A DNA stretch of 64,000 nucleotides from a virus (taxonomy: Duplodnaviria; Caudoviricetes): positions 41,239 through 105,238 of the IMG/VR virus record IMGVR_UViG_3300017585_000267; one strand, 5' to 3'. Position numbers and translations under genes: made by a program. The notes under the pieces were generated by a model. It ran no database searches, was not told where the DNA came from, and saw nothing but the letters and a program-made list of their open reading frames with translations. Positions 36,630 through 47,432 of the stretch are shown here, piece after piece (positions within the stretch are counted from its first letter, which is position 1; each line of letters starts with the position of its first letter).

Positions 36630-37334
36630 ATGCTAGTAAAGGAAATCGTCTATATGGTCCTTGACCAGCTCAAGGAGATGAGCGATGACTCCTTCTATAC
36701 AGAGGAGCATGTGCTATTCCTGTGCAAGAAGTTCAGGAGCTTCCTCATAAAGAAGGAGCAGGACAAGGAGAAGACCAGCACCGACGTAGCTTCGGAATTT
36801 GAGTACCAGCAGATCTGCCTTGATCTTGAGAGAGTTGAGGCGATTGAGGGGCTTCCTTGTGAGGGCGGCTACTATCTCAGGACTACGGCGAGGATTCCCA
36901 AGATACTTGAGGGGACTTCCCCCAGGGTCTATCCGATAGACTACTACAGCAATCCCATGATCTCATTTATTCCACGTGACAGGATGAGGTTCGTGGGCAG
37001 CAACCCATTCCTGAAGAACATCATCTGGGTAAGTATCGGACCGGATCTCAGGCTGTACCTGAAAAGTCCCAATCCACAGTTCAATTACCTTCGCAAAATC
37101 AGGATGAATGCCATCTTCGAGGATTTTGACGAGGCGGCCGACTTGCTCTGTGATGACAGCGGGGATTCCTCGGCTTGCGATGTGCTGGACTCCACATTTC
37201 CCATAAGGGATTACCTTGTCCCTACGCTGATAGAGCTTGTCGTAAAGGAACTCAGCGGGTCCGTGTACAAGCCCGAGGACAAGAGGAACAATGCCCATGA
37301 TGACCTTGGTGACCTGAGTACAACTAACAGCTAA
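36630..37334 (+). CDS. Tail ring/tube protein
   Basis: EIVYMVLDQLK..SDDS..TEEHV, CDVLDSTFPI; promoter TATCTTTG at 36593. Confidence 0.75.
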   Translation: MLVKEIVYMVLDQLKEMSDDSFYTEEHVLFLCKKFRSFLIKKEQDKEKTSTDVASEFEYQQICLDLERVEAIEGLPCEGGYYLRTTARIPKILEGTSPRVYPIDYYSNPMISFIPRDRMRFVGSNPFLKNIIWVSIGPDLRLYLKSPNPQFNYLRKIRMNAIFEDFDEAADLLCDDSGDSSACDVLDSTFPIRDYLVPTLIELVVKELSGSVYKPEDKRNNAHDDLGDLSTTNS

Positions 37335-37336
37335 AA

Positions 37337-37876
37337 ATGATGGAAGAGACATTCACGGAATTTTCACGACGCATCAGGAAGGCGTGTGGGAAGCATAACT
37401 TCAAGGTGAAGAACAGCTTTGGGGTAAAGGATTGCTACAACCGTGTAAGGAAGAACAAATGGTCCGACATAGGGATGCGATTGACCGATAGCCAATTCCT
37501 TGCCATCATAAGGGAAGTGAACATGCGCCTTGCGGACAATATAGTGAATGGCATTACAGTAAAGTTTCCTTCAGGGATGGGAAAGCTCGAGGCGCGAAGG
37601 ATAGAGAAACGCCCTCGCGTGACGAAGGATGGAAAGCTGAAGGTCGTCAATCCAGTAGATTGGCAAAGCACGCTGAGGCTTTGGTATGAGGATGAGGAGG
37701 CTAGAAAGCAGAAGCAGCTGATCAGGTACTCCGGAAAGGTGGGTTACTGGATTAAGTATAGCAATGTGCTGGCCTACTACAACAACAGGAGCTTTTATGA
37801 GTTTGCCATCCAAAGGCCCATAAATCATAGGTTCAATGAGAATGTCAAGGAGGGTAAGATAAAGGTACTATGGTAA
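37337..37876 (+). CDS. IHF-like protein of crAss tail module
   Basis: VKFPSGMGKLEARR, VDWQSTLRLW. Confidence 0.7.
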   Translation: MMEETFTEFSRRIRKACGKHNFKVKNSFGVKDCYNRVRKNKWSDIGMRLTDSQFLAIIREVNMRLADNIVNGITVKFPSGMGKLEARRIEKRPRVTKDGKLKVVNPVDWQSTLRLWYEDEEARKQKQLIRYSGKVGYWIKYSNVLAYYNNRSFYEFAIQRPINHRFNENVKEGKIKVLW

Positions 37877-38673
37877 AGGAGGTCAGATATACAAGCATCA
37901 AGAGGGTCCTCGACAACCTGCTTGAGCATCCGCTGCTTAGGGACTTGACCCTCGAGCAGGCAGTGAGGTACACCATTAGGTTCATTGGTCTCAATGGTTT
38001 CCCCAACCTTTATTCCGACAAGATTTCCGAAGTGGGGATTGAGGACTGGAGAGGTCTTCTCCCATGCGATCTGGTCAGCATAAAACAGGTAAAGGACAAG
38101 CGGACTGGGGTGTGCCTGAGAGCCATGACCGACAACTTCACGCCAGGATTACTCTCCACACCCTCCCCCTCTGCCCACGACCATAGACCTTCCCACGCCG
38201 ACATGAGGAAGCTAGGCAGCATGAACCCTGCCCCGGATGGCATGGACAGGATGCATGGGCCAAAACCTCTTCCTCCCAGGGAACCCTCGTTCAAGACACA
38301 GGGCAGGGTAATATTCACTTCATTCCCGGAAGGGTGTGTACTGGTTGCATACAAGAGCATCCCGGTCGATGATGACGGCTTTCCCCTCCTCATGGACAAC
38401 GAGACCTACCTCAACGCCCTTGAGGCCTACATAAAGAAACAGATATTTACAATCAAGTTTGATACGGGCAAGATTTCTGCCGGGATACTTTCGAACGCCC
38501 AGCAGGACTATGCCTTCGCGGCAGGCGAGCTACAGGGGGAGATGACGATACCGTCCGTAAGCGAGATGCAGACAATCACCAATATGTGGACGACCTTGGT
38601 CCCAAGCATGAAGAGCTTCGATCGGGGCTTCGTGGATGCGGGTGACAGGGAATACATCAGAAATCACGCATAG
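37870..38673 (+). CDS. Tail tubular/ring protein (P22 gp4-like)
   Basis: RGLLPCDL, AYKSIPVDDDGFPLLMDN; synteny. Confidence 0.75.
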   Translation: MVKEVRYTSIKRVLDNLLEHPLLRDLTLEQAVRYTIRFIGLNGFPNLYSDKISEVGIEDWRGLLPCDLVSIKQVKDKRTGVCLRAMTDNFTPGLLSTPSPSAHDHRPSHADMRKLGSMNPAPDGMDRMHGPKPLPPREPSFKTQGRVIFTSFPEGCVLVAYKSIPVDDDGFPLLMDNETYLNALEAYIKKQIFTIKFDTGKISAGILSNAQQDYAFAAGELQGEMTIPSVSEMQTITNMWTTLVPSMKSFDRGFVDAGDREYIRNHA

Positions 38674-38676
38674 CGC

Positions 38677-40038
38677 ATGAATACGCTCATCAGATACAAG
38701 CTTGAGGCATTTGACCTTGTGGAGGCCCTCAACGGGAGGCTCTGCATCCTTACGCCTAGCTCCAGCAAGGCGGGGGAGACTGTTGCAACGAGCAATTCCT
38801 CGAAGTACTGTGGCTCCGGGTTTCTAAAGAAGGAAAGCTCCGACACCTACTACATCATGGTGGATGGCGAGAAGTACATAACGGACAGCAGCGGAACGGT
38901 AACCTCGTCCTATCGCCAGGGCTACATACTCCTGTTTGGCTCCACCATGACTACAGTGACGAGGGCTGGCTCGACTGGTACCACGACTTCCCGTACAAGC
39001 ACGACCTTGAGGAAGGATGGCAAAGTGTCGACCACGACAACCGAAGTCGATGACGAGACGATCCTGGTAAGCGGGACCACCATCAGGGACACCTTCGCCA
39101 TCAACATCTTGCGGGAACTCCTAAAGGACGTAAAGGATCCCGCCGCATTGGCCAAGTCCGAGATGGAGTACTACACTACGGCTGCATATGACTGGGCTGC
39201 CGTGATGATGGCGAACGCCGCAAAGGCGAGGGCTGAGCTTGATGACGAAAGGGATCCCCTTGAAGCTGAGGAGGTGCCGGTGACAGACCTTGAGGACAAT
39301 ACCCAAAGGCTCCTCAACAACATAATAGTGGCCCTCAGCAGGACCGACGAAATCACGCCCTCGGCTGCGGAAGGTAAGGATCCGACATACGCGGAGAGGA
39401 TAACCCTCAAGGATGTGACTATGGCAGAGCTTCAGCTCGCGGTAGAGCAGTATCTCGGCAAGACGACCACATCAACTACAGACTCCGACGGGAACATCAC
39501 GGAAACCACTTCCTATGAAGGAAGAAGCGCATTCGCCAAGGACGTGACCGAAATACTCACCAACATCTGGAAACAGTATTCAGGTGACGAGACCCAGCAG
39601 GGGACTTCAAAGGCGAACCGGGATTTGGTGGCCGCATTGACCGACATAAAGACCGCCATTGAGGACTTGACCGCCCAGGTGACGGACCTGAGCACCGAGA
39701 CTGCTACGACAAATACGAGGCTGAATACCCTCAACTCCACCATAAGCAGCTATGCAAGTTCAACCAAGTCCGCAATCAATACAGCACAGACCACTGCCGA
39801 CAAGGCATCGTCAAAAGCCCAGACAGCATTGAACACCGCAACCTTGGCCCAATCTGACGCAGACAGCGCCTACTCACTGGCATCGTCAGCCTCGGCTGCC
39901 GCAAGCGCCGCACAGGAGGACGCGGATGAAGCCTACGCCAAGGCGATCGCAGCCGCCAATGCCGCGTCAATTAATGCCACGGAGATAGAGGAACTCAGTT
40001 CAAGGGTGACCGCCCTGGAAGGAGGATCAAGTTCATAA
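38677..40038 (+). CDS. Putative tail needle/fibre-like coiled-coil protein
   Basis: Ala/Thr-rich C-terminal heptads ending SSRVTALEG. Confidence 0.5.
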   Translation: MNTLIRYKLEAFDLVEALNGRLCILTPSSSKAGETVATSNSSKYCGSGFLKKESSDTYYIMVDGEKYITDSSGTVTSSYRQGYILLFGSTMTTVTRAGSTGTTTSRTSTTLRKDGKVSTTTTEVDDETILVSGTTIRDTFAINILRELLKDVKDPAALAKSEMEYYTTAAYDWAAVMMANAAKARAELDDERDPLEAEEVPVTDLEDNTQRLLNNIIVALSRTDEITPSAAEGKDPTYAERITLKDVTMAELQLAVEQYLGKTTTSTTDSDGNITETTSYEGRSAFAKDVTEILTNIWKQYSGDETQQGTSKANRDLVAALTDIKTAIEDLTAQVTDLSTETATTNTRLNTLNSTISSYASSTKSAINTAQTTADKASSKAQTALNTATLAQSDADSAYSLASSASAAASAAQEDADEAYAKAIAAANAASINATEIEELSSRVTALEGGSSS

Positions 40039-40054
40039 GTCAGGAGGATAGCAT

Positions 40055-43000
40055 ATGAGGAAGCTGGACAACCATATCTTTCAGGGATTGCAGATGGATG
40101 CGAGCGTAAGCAAGCAGCAGCCGCAATTCCTTTGTGACGCCCACAACATAAGGATACTTACAAGGGGTGAGAACACGAGCCTTTCGCTCACCAATGAGAA
40201 GGGTACCAAGGAGGCCCCGATATCGTTCCTTGGGGGCGGAACTTCCCTCAAGGGAATCTGCCTTGGGTACTGTACGTTGAATGAGTACGCGGTGCTGTTC
40301 ACTACCTACCAGACTACTGTAAGCGGTTCACCTTACCTCAGGGACTATATATGGCTGCTTGACTTCAGCAACATCAACAACATCAAGGCGACCAAGCTCT
40401 TTGAGGGAAACCTGAACTTTCAGAAGGATCACCCCATAAAGGCCTGGGGGGTCTATGAGGGTGACTTCGTGCAGAAGGTGTATTGGACCGACGGCTACAA
40501 CCAGCCCCGTGTGATTAACATCAAGAGATACAGCCAGGCCAGCACAAGCTCCTCATCCAAAGCTCCTCTCGAGACGGCCTTTGACTTCGTACCCACGCTG
40601 GAGCTGAAGGATTCCATCGAGGTGCATAAGGTCTCTGACGCCTCGAGCCTCTTTGGGGCTGGTGTCATACAGTACGCCATAAGCTACTACAACAAGTACG
40701 GCCAGGAGTCCAATATAAGCAACGTGACCACCCTCTACAGCACCAGCTTCAACAACAGGGCTGGTAGTCCCGAGGAAAGGGTTCCCACTGCATTCAGGGT
40801 GGTGATAAACAACCCAGACCTAAGCTTCGAATACCTCAGGCTCTACTCCATCTTCAGGAGTTCCCAGAACGGAACCCCCTACTGCAAGAGGGTGGCCGAC
40901 GTAGCGTTGGGTTCCTCGAAGAAGGTAGTCATCACGGACAACAACACTCTTGGGGAGGTCATAGATAATACCGAGCTGCTTTATGTTGGGGGAGAGAGCA
41001 TAGCTGCGGGAACCTTAGAGCAAAAGGACGGCACTATGTTCTTCGGGGACGTGCAGATTACCAGGCCGAACATCCCGTTGGGGTTCTCCATAAGCAACAA
41101 TGTCTCCAGCAAGTCCAACTCCACGAGGAAGTTCTACGTTGACTGTGCGATAAGTAACGACTACTACAAGTGGGGGAACACCCTCAACGCCTTCAAGATA
41201 TCCAACAACAGCAAGGTCCTTCAAAATGCGGCAGCCTTCAAGTATGGGCAGTACTACAGGCTGGGGCTCCAGTTCCAGTACAAGACTGGAAGGTGGAGCG
41301 AACCTGTATACCTTGGGGAGGACGTAAGGATTACCAATCATCCATCAGTTGGAGCCTACTCTGGCGACGACACTGGGGGTGATACTTACACCAATGCCAC
41401 CTCCGTTACGATAACTGGGATCAATACTGCCGAGGTCGGCGGAGGCGTGCAGCTCACAGCCACCGTCAACCCCTCCGACGCGAGCGGCTATACTGTAAAG
41501 TGGAGTTCCTCTGATACGTCAGTGGCGACGGTAACCCAGAGTGGCAGGGTCACCGCAGTAGGTGAGGGCACTGCCACCATTACCTGCACAATCACCAATG
41601 CCGATGGCTCGACGGTGACGGACTCTTATGAGTTCACCGTGACGGCAGCCTCCGGCGGGGAGACCACTGGAGATATCTGGTGGGAAATAGACGGTGAGAC
41701 AGTCTCTGACGGGATGGTGTATGCGCTTAATCCACACGGTGGGACTTTCACGCTCTCAATCCACAACAGCACAGGGACGGCGCTTGGCATCCTGAACCAG
41801 ATTGACGCGACTCTTGATCCTGATGTATCCAGCCCCCGAAGTTGGAAATATGGGGATTACACTGTCACTGTTACGTATGGTGCAAACACCTCTGGCGAGG
41901 ATAATACAGGCAGCTCCATCTTCTATATGAAGATAGCTACTGACAATTATGACCTTGAGTTGCCACCAGCAATATCCTTTACACAGAAAGCTGTCACGAC
42001 ATCGGACTATACAATAGAAATCCGCGATGTCGATACAGGATTCGCTGTCTCGTCATGCACCCTCGACAGTAACGGCACAGCAACGTATGAGGTCTTTGTC
42101 AACGATGTCAACGCCGGTGATGGCAATTTTGACGTTACGGCGACAGTTCGTAATGAGGCAGTGGCACAGTTGCAGTATGACTCCGTTAGTGGGTTACTCT
42201 ACATATCCGGTACTGGGGCGGGCGTTACGACCGTGACAGTGGAGTGTGAAGGCGAGCAGGCAACACTCAAGGTAACTGTTACGGAAGCTGACGCAGGCTA
42301 TACAATAGCGGTCAGCCCCATAAGCTATGGGTTCAGTGCGGCTGGCGGCTCAGTCGAGGTGACCGTGACAAGCAACGGCACTCCGGTGATGGATGCATCC
42401 AAGTCGTCGCCTGCTACGGCGACCGCATTGACGAAGGTGACGGACGGCGTATGGAAGACTACCGTAACAATGCCCGCTAACAACAGCTCGTCGGCCCTGG
42501 CCAGGGTGACGCCCATAACATTCACTGTGCAGGAAGACGCGACTGTGGTGGGTTCGTTCGGAATCACACAGGATGCATCTTCGTCCGCCGCGTTTTACAT
42601 ATTTGTTGAGGACGGTCCTTCAGACGGGGTGCTTGAGATAGGGGAGACTGCGACGCTCCTTGCCTGCCTCTCTACCTCGCATGGTGTTGACGCCCAGTGG
42701 AGCATATCGAACTCCTCAGTGGCTTCGATATCGGCAACTGAAGGAGCCGAGATAGTGGTTACCGCGCTGAAGGCAGGCACTGCGACGATAACGGCGCACG
42801 TTGACGGCTACGTCGATGCAACTTATGATGTGACTGTCAAGAAAGCCCCCGAGAGCATAGAGCTCCTGGATGAAGACACGGGCAAGGAGGTGAGCTCGTA
42901 TAGCCTCAAGGCCGGCGGGGCAGGCGTATGCGAAGTCTATGTCAACGGTGTCAATGCCAGCACAGGCGACTTTGCCGATTCCGTCTCCGTATCAAGCAGC

Positions 43001-43702
43001 GATACATCCGTGGCCGAGGGCGTGTACTTCGACAACAACGGCAAGCTCACTGTGGTGGCCAAGAGCGCCGGGACGTGCGAAATCACCGTCAGCTGCGGCA
43101 GCCTCACGGCGACGCTCGACGTCACTGTGTCAGGCACGGCGTACCGCGTCACCATCAACCCGTCACCGTCCGACGCGACCGTCAAGATTGACGGCGTGAC
43201 GATAAGCCAAGTCGACGTCCCGGAGGGCACCGTGGTCAGCTACGAGGTCTCCAAGGACGGCTACGTCACCAAGACCGGAAGCGTGACGGTCACCAAGGAC
43301 GAGACCATCACGGTGACGCTCGAGGAGGAGACCGTGACAGAAGACATTACGGTAGAGGTTTCCAACGGAGCCAACTATCCAGTGAAGGTGTCCGTTGACT
43401 CGCAGGACGGCCTCGGCAACAACGTGACACTCACAGTCAGGAGTTCCTCCACGGAGACCAGCACGCTGACGGTCGACAGGGGCTCTACGAACCCGCTCTC
43501 CGCGTCAGTGGTATGGCCTACCGGCACGACGGCCCTCGGCACGATGCAGGTCGAGTTCCTCGGCGACGCGTCGTACACGAACATCAACCCGAGCGACGGC
43601 CTGCTCGATGAGGAAGGGGGCTATACGGTGATTGCCACCATTGCAAGAGGGATCAGGCTCTCAGGCGGGAGGATATACATAAGCATAGAGCAAAACTCAT
43701 AG
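40055..43702 (+). CDS. Muzzle/tail stabilization protein N-terminal part fused to tandem Ig-like (Big_2/BACON-like) domains
   Basis: DAHNIRI, LTNEKGT, KVYWTDGYNQPRVINI, YRLGLQFQ..GRWSEP, then repeats such as WSSSDTSVATV..GRVTAVGEGTATIT. Confidence 0.8.
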   Translation: MRKLDNHIFQGLQMDASVSKQQPQFLCDAHNIRILTRGENTSLSLTNEKGTKEAPISFLGGGTSLKGICLGYCTLNEYAVLFTTYQTTVSGSPYLRDYIWLLDFSNINNIKATKLFEGNLNFQKDHPIKAWGVYEGDFVQKVYWTDGYNQPRVINIKRYSQASTSSSSKAPLETAFDFVPTLELKDSIEVHKVSDASSLFGAGVIQYAISYYNKYGQESNISNVTTLYSTSFNNRAGSPEERVPTAFRVVINNPDLSFEYLRLYSIFRSSQNGTPYCKRVADVALGSSKKVVITDNNTLGEVIDNTELLYVGGESIAAGTLEQKDGTMFFGDVQITRPNIPLGFSISNNVSSKSNSTRKFYVDCAISNDYYKWGNTLNAFKISNNSKVLQNAAAFKYGQYYRLGLQFQYKTGRWSEPVYLGEDVRITNHPSVGAYSGDDTGGDTYTNATSVTITGINTAEVGGGVQLTATVNPSDASGYTVKWSSSDTSVATVTQSGRVTAVGEGTATITCTITNADGSTVTDSYEFTVTAASGGETTGDIWWEIDGETVSDGMVYALNPHGGTFTLSIHNSTGTALGILNQIDATLDPDVSSPRSWKYGDYTVTVTYGANTSGEDNTGSSIFYMKIATDNYDLELPPAISFTQKAVTTSDYTIEIRDVDTGFAVSSCTLDSNGTATYEVFVNDVNAGDGNFDVTATVRNEAVAQLQYDSVSGLLYISGTGAGVTTVTVECEGEQATLKVTVTEADAGYTIAVSPISYGFSAAGGSVEVTVTSNGTPVMDASKSSPATATALTKVTDGVWKTTVTMPANNSSSALARVTPITFTVQEDATVVGSFGITQDASSSAAFYIFVEDGPSDGVLEIGETATLLACLSTSHGVDAQWSISNSSVASISATEGAEIVVTALKAGTATITAHVDGYVDATYDVTVKKAPESIELLDEDTGKEVSSYSLKAGGAGVCEVYVNGVNASTGDFADSVSVSSSDTSVAEGVYFDNNGKLTVVAKSAGTCEITVSCGSLTATLDVTVSGTAYRVTINPSPSDATVKIDGVTISQVDVPEGTVVSYEVSKDGYVTKTGSVTVTKDETITVTLEEETVTEDITVEVSNGANYPVKVSVDSQDGLGNNVTLTVRSSSTETSTLTVDRGSTNPLSASVVWPTGTTALGTMQVEFLGDASYTNINPSDGLLDEEGGYTVIATIARGIRLSGGRIYISIEQNS

Positions 43703-43715
43703 CGTACGGAGAACA

Positions 43716-46700
43716 ATGACTATGAAGGCATTGAAGAAAATCAAGGAGAAGGCCGTGTCACTCAAGGGTAGGCATGGCAGGAAGACAGGCCCATCGGCAA
43801 TGGTGTCCATCAGTATGTTGACAAGATCCGTAGCCTCCAGCCAGTCCACCCTTGAATCGGACAGAGCCGAAGTGGAGGAGTACCTCAATGACAACCTCAT
43901 ATCGAAATGGGGTTCCGCAAGCAGTCCGTTGATGACGGCGGCCCAAAGTGTAAGGCTGCTCATGAAAGCCAATGGTACGACCAGTACCGATGCGAGTGTG
44001 TACCTGGATACCTGGGAATCCGCCATGCAGGACGTGGACAGCACCCTTGCGAGTTTTGCAGCTGCATTGAAAGATGTATCTAGCTACATAGCGAGGTACT
44101 ATCCAGGCTTCAGCAAGACCTATACGATGATAAATAGCCTCAGGGAAGACATTGAGCACTGGATTCCCCTATGGTCGCAAATCGAGCTTGTACAGGTGGC
44201 CTTTGCAGGCCTGGGAGACACGGAGGAGGATGAGTACCGGCTGGACGGCAATGATATGGGCGGCACCCCTACTGCAACCGACAAGTTCTACCAGTATTTC
44301 CACCAGAACAACTTTGGGAACCTGTGGCTGTTCCTACAGATGATCGGGGACGACGACCGCGTCCCACAGCCTGGCTATGGGACGTTCAACATCGACAACT
44401 CCTTCGAGGATATCATTGCCGTCATAGCTTCAGATGGTACAAGTGCGGACACTGGTTCTGGAGAGACCATCAACTACACAAGTATGCTGGAGTTTGAGGT
44501 CCCCTCATATAAGGTAGTGTTGAAGAACCTGAGCGTTCTTACAGACAATGGCTACCTTAGGGTAAGGCCAGTGTTTGTGCCCCCGTCTGATTCCGACAGG
44601 ACCACCCTTTGCCAGGGAGTTCTCAACCCCACAGTCTACAATCCTGTCGACAGGGCGGCCTCCACACCATATGCACAGTCCTCCTGGTTCTTCAGGCCAT
44701 GGGTGGACGTCTCGAGTTATACAGGCCTAAAGGCCAATCCGACGAAGTACACTGTAGGGAACAATACATACAGACTGAGCGTCATTGAGTGCAGGGATTC
44801 CGAGAAGCTGTTCCCCCCCGGCAACAGGGGCTGCGAGATTGAGGGGGCTTGGCAGTATGACAGCGCCAGCACCCATGCCGAGGAGGATTCCTACGTAAGG
44901 CCTCAGTTCAGGGTGAGCCAGGAGGTCCAGACGCTGCATTCACCAGAAGTCGAGTTTGACGTCAATGGAACGCTGTCCAACGTCGACCTCAGCCAGTATA
45001 GCCTTGCCCTGATGGGGGACGCGGACTTCAAGGCCTTCCAAGGTGACATCAACATATTGACATCTACGCCCCAGTTCTCATCAAGGGGTTCCGGATTTAC
45101 TAAGAAGATGCAATCTGCTGTATTCAGCGATAGTGTGCCAGCGGGCTGCCTAGTCGCAGGTCTCTATTATAACGACGACCTTGTAAACGACGGAAGCTTG
45201 GCCAGCTACACCACCTACAACAACAGCAGGGTGGCATTTATGGTATATCCTTGGCAGTCCTCAGGTAGTCTCAACAATGACGCCCCCAGGGAAGACGAGA
45301 CTACACAGACCGCAGTTCTCAGCCAAAAGAGGATGAGCAACATCAAGTTCAGCGAGACAAGCTGGAGGTCCTCGGAGTCCGTCATCCCCAGTGCGGCGAT
45401 ACCCTTCTTGGAGTGCTTCAGCTCCGAGGACACCATGGTGAAGCTGGGTACGAGCAACTACTACGGCAATGTGGACACCCTGATCACCTTGCCATCGGTT
45501 GGAAAGGTGTTCGGCAAGATAGACTACACCAAGGCCTCTGACGGGGAACTGTTTGATACGGACAACATCTACACTACCGATACCTCGCACACAATCACGT
45601 CGGGCTTTACTGTCTCAGGCCTTGCGAGCCAGAACAAGACCATGGAGAGATCCGTGAGGATGCGCTATAGGTCAACCCCGCATATAGCGATGAGACTCAC
45701 CGCCCCCCTCACTTCAAGTGACTTCACTTACAATGCCCTTATAGTTGGGGAACTCAGGAGGGACAGGAACCCGGAGACCGACTACGGAGGACAGACCTAC
45801 GAGGCCCTGAAGAGCAACCAATGGATTCCTGCTGGTGAGCCAATAAGCCTTACAAGCTCCAGCGGCTCCACGCTCAGTTCCGTCACCGTGGAGTGGAAGT
45901 ATGGAGACACTTGGTTCCAGAGGTACGACTGCCTGAAGACATATCCATACTCCCAGGAAGACGAGAACATGATGGTGGAGATAGGGAGCTTCATGCTCGA
46001 GACCTATACCAACATCGATGGCAGGTACGACAGGAACAGGGGACAGGGAAGCAACCTGTACATGACCCCCACGACGTTCAACTGCATCAATACGGTGTAT
46101 TCTCAGCTCGACAACTTCTTCACCTACAGGTTGCAGGATTCCGATTACTATAACAACACCCTCTACCCCAACACTGTCTTTTTCTCGAAGCAGAAGGCCT
46201 CGATGGCCGATGTGGACAACTGGACCAACATGAGCCTTTCCAGCAGCTGTGAGCTTGATGGCGGGAAGGGTAAGGTAACTGACCTGAGGAGCTGGAACAA
46301 TGAGCTCTATTGCTTCCAGGAAAAGGGAATCAGCAGGGTGCTCTTCAATTCCAGGGTACAGATTCCCACAAGTGACGGGACTCCTGTGGAGATAAGCAAC
46401 AACTACAAGGTCGACGGAGCCACATACCTCAGTTCCAACATAGGGTGCTACAACAAGTTCGCGATAGCCGACTCCATGGAGGGCCTGTACTTCGTGGCTT
46501 CCGACGGGATGCTGTACCTGCTTTCAGGGGAACTCAGGAACGTGAACGTAGCCCTCAACATGCAGGACTGGTTCAGTGGGCAGGACTTCGTTTCGGAGTG
46601 GAGGCCGACTGACAGCGATGGATCTCTCAGCCAAAGGGGATTGAGGCTGATGTATGACTTCGGCTACAAGGACCTCTACATCAGTTCCCCTTCGGAGACC

Positions 46701-47297
46701 CTTTGCTATTCGGACCTGCTTGGACAGTTCGTCTCCCTGTACGACTACAAGGCTCCCTATATGATTTTTAACGTCGGCGAGAATCTGTACTCCGTAGCCC
46801 CTGACGCTTCAGGTAATAACTATCAACTGCCCGTCGTATGGGAGATGTTCGGAGGGGACTACAACACTCTCTTTGGGAAGCAGTACAGGAGCGACTTCAC
46901 CTTCATAAGCAACGCCGACTACCAAAGCGAGAAGGTGTTTTCGAACGTGGAGTTCAGGGGGGATTTCTACTCAGGGATGAAAGCCCTGAACGCCTTGCAG
47001 CATGACAGCTGCTTTGACAAAATCAGGGTTTGGGATGAATATCAGGACACCCAGGAGCAGGGGCTGAAGTTCGAGAAGGTGCTGTTCTCCAACCTCAAGA
47101 AGAAGTTCAGGGTCTGGAGGACGATAGTCCCGAGGGCGTCCAAGTATGACTCGACCACGAAGGCCTACAAGTCAAGCATGGAGAGGATTCGAAATACCTG
47201 GTGCAAGATGCAGTTCACGATGAATGACCCAACTGCGTCTTCCCATTCTCCATATAACATGGAGCTGCATGACATGAGTGTGGTTTACTTCACGTGA
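43716..47297 (+). CDS. Muzzle/tail stabilization protein C-terminal part with novel ~245-aa N-terminus
   Basis: RVRPV, CQGVLNPTVY, QSSWFFRP, HSPEVEF, GDTWFQRYDCLKTYP, NIDGRYDRNRG, KKKFRVWR, ERIRNTW. Confidence 0.85.
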   Translation: MTMKALKKIKEKAVSLKGRHGRKTGPSAMVSISMLTRSVASSQSTLESDRAEVEEYLNDNLISKWGSASSPLMTAAQSVRLLMKANGTTSTDASVYLDTWESAMQDVDSTLASFAAALKDVSSYIARYYPGFSKTYTMINSLREDIEHWIPLWSQIELVQVAFAGLGDTEEDEYRLDGNDMGGTPTATDKFYQYFHQNNFGNLWLFLQMIGDDDRVPQPGYGTFNIDNSFEDIIAVIASDGTSADTGSGETINYTSMLEFEVPSYKVVLKNLSVLTDNGYLRVRPVFVPPSDSDRTTLCQGVLNPTVYNPVDRAASTPYAQSSWFFRPWVDVSSYTGLKANPTKYTVGNNTYRLSVIECRDSEKLFPPGNRGCEIEGAWQYDSASTHAEEDSYVRPQFRVSQEVQTLHSPEVEFDVNGTLSNVDLSQYSLALMGDADFKAFQGDINILTSTPQFSSRGSGFTKKMQSAVFSDSVPAGCLVAGLYYNDDLVNDGSLASYTTYNNSRVAFMVYPWQSSGSLNNDAPREDETTQTAVLSQKRMSNIKFSETSWRSSESVIPSAAIPFLECFSSEDTMVKLGTSNYYGNVDTLITLPSVGKVFGKIDYTKASDGELFDTDNIYTTDTSHTITSGFTVSGLASQNKTMERSVRMRYRSTPHIAMRLTAPLTSSDFTYNALIVGELRRDRNPETDYGGQTYEALKSNQWIPAGEPISLTSSSGSTLSSVTVEWKYGDTWFQRYDCLKTYPYSQEDENMMVEIGSFMLETYTNIDGRYDRNRGQGSNLYMTPTTFNCINTVYSQLDNFFTYRLQDSDYYNNTLYPNTVFFSKQKASMADVDNWTNMSLSSSCELDGGKGKVTDLRSWNNELYCFQEKGISRVLFNSRVQIPTSDGTPVEISNNYKVDGATYLSSNIGCYNKFAIADSMEGLYFVASDGMLYLLSGELRNVNVALNMQDWFSGQDFVSEWRPTDSDGSLSQRGLRLMYDFGYKDLYISSPSETLCYSDLLGQFVSLYDYKAPYMIFNVGENLYSVAPDASGNNYQLPVVWEMFGGDYNTLFGKQYRSDFTFISNADYQSEKVFSNVEFRGDFYSGMKALNALQHDSCFDKIRVWDEYQDTQEQGLKFEKVLFSNLKKKFRVWRTIVPRASKYDSTTKAYKSSMERIRNTWCKMQFTMNDPTASSHSPYNMELHDMSVVYFT

Positions 47298-47432
47298 CGG
47301 CTCCTTCATAGGCAGGTCTGCCATGGTGATTGGGGAACTTAAGGGACAACCTTATGTTCCCTTTTCACTTTAATAAAGATTGTGGAGGGGTTAAGGGAAT
47401 TGTTTATATTTGTGGCAAATAAGGAATCTTCC

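Noticed and set aside
43700-43770. TAG readthrough joining the two muzzle ORFs
   Set aside because: The downstream ORF is in a different frame and another in-frame TAG follows shortly
40055-47297. Diversity-generating retroelement or invertible tail cassette
   Set aside because: No reverse transcriptase, recombinase, TR/VR pair or inverted repeats seen in the window
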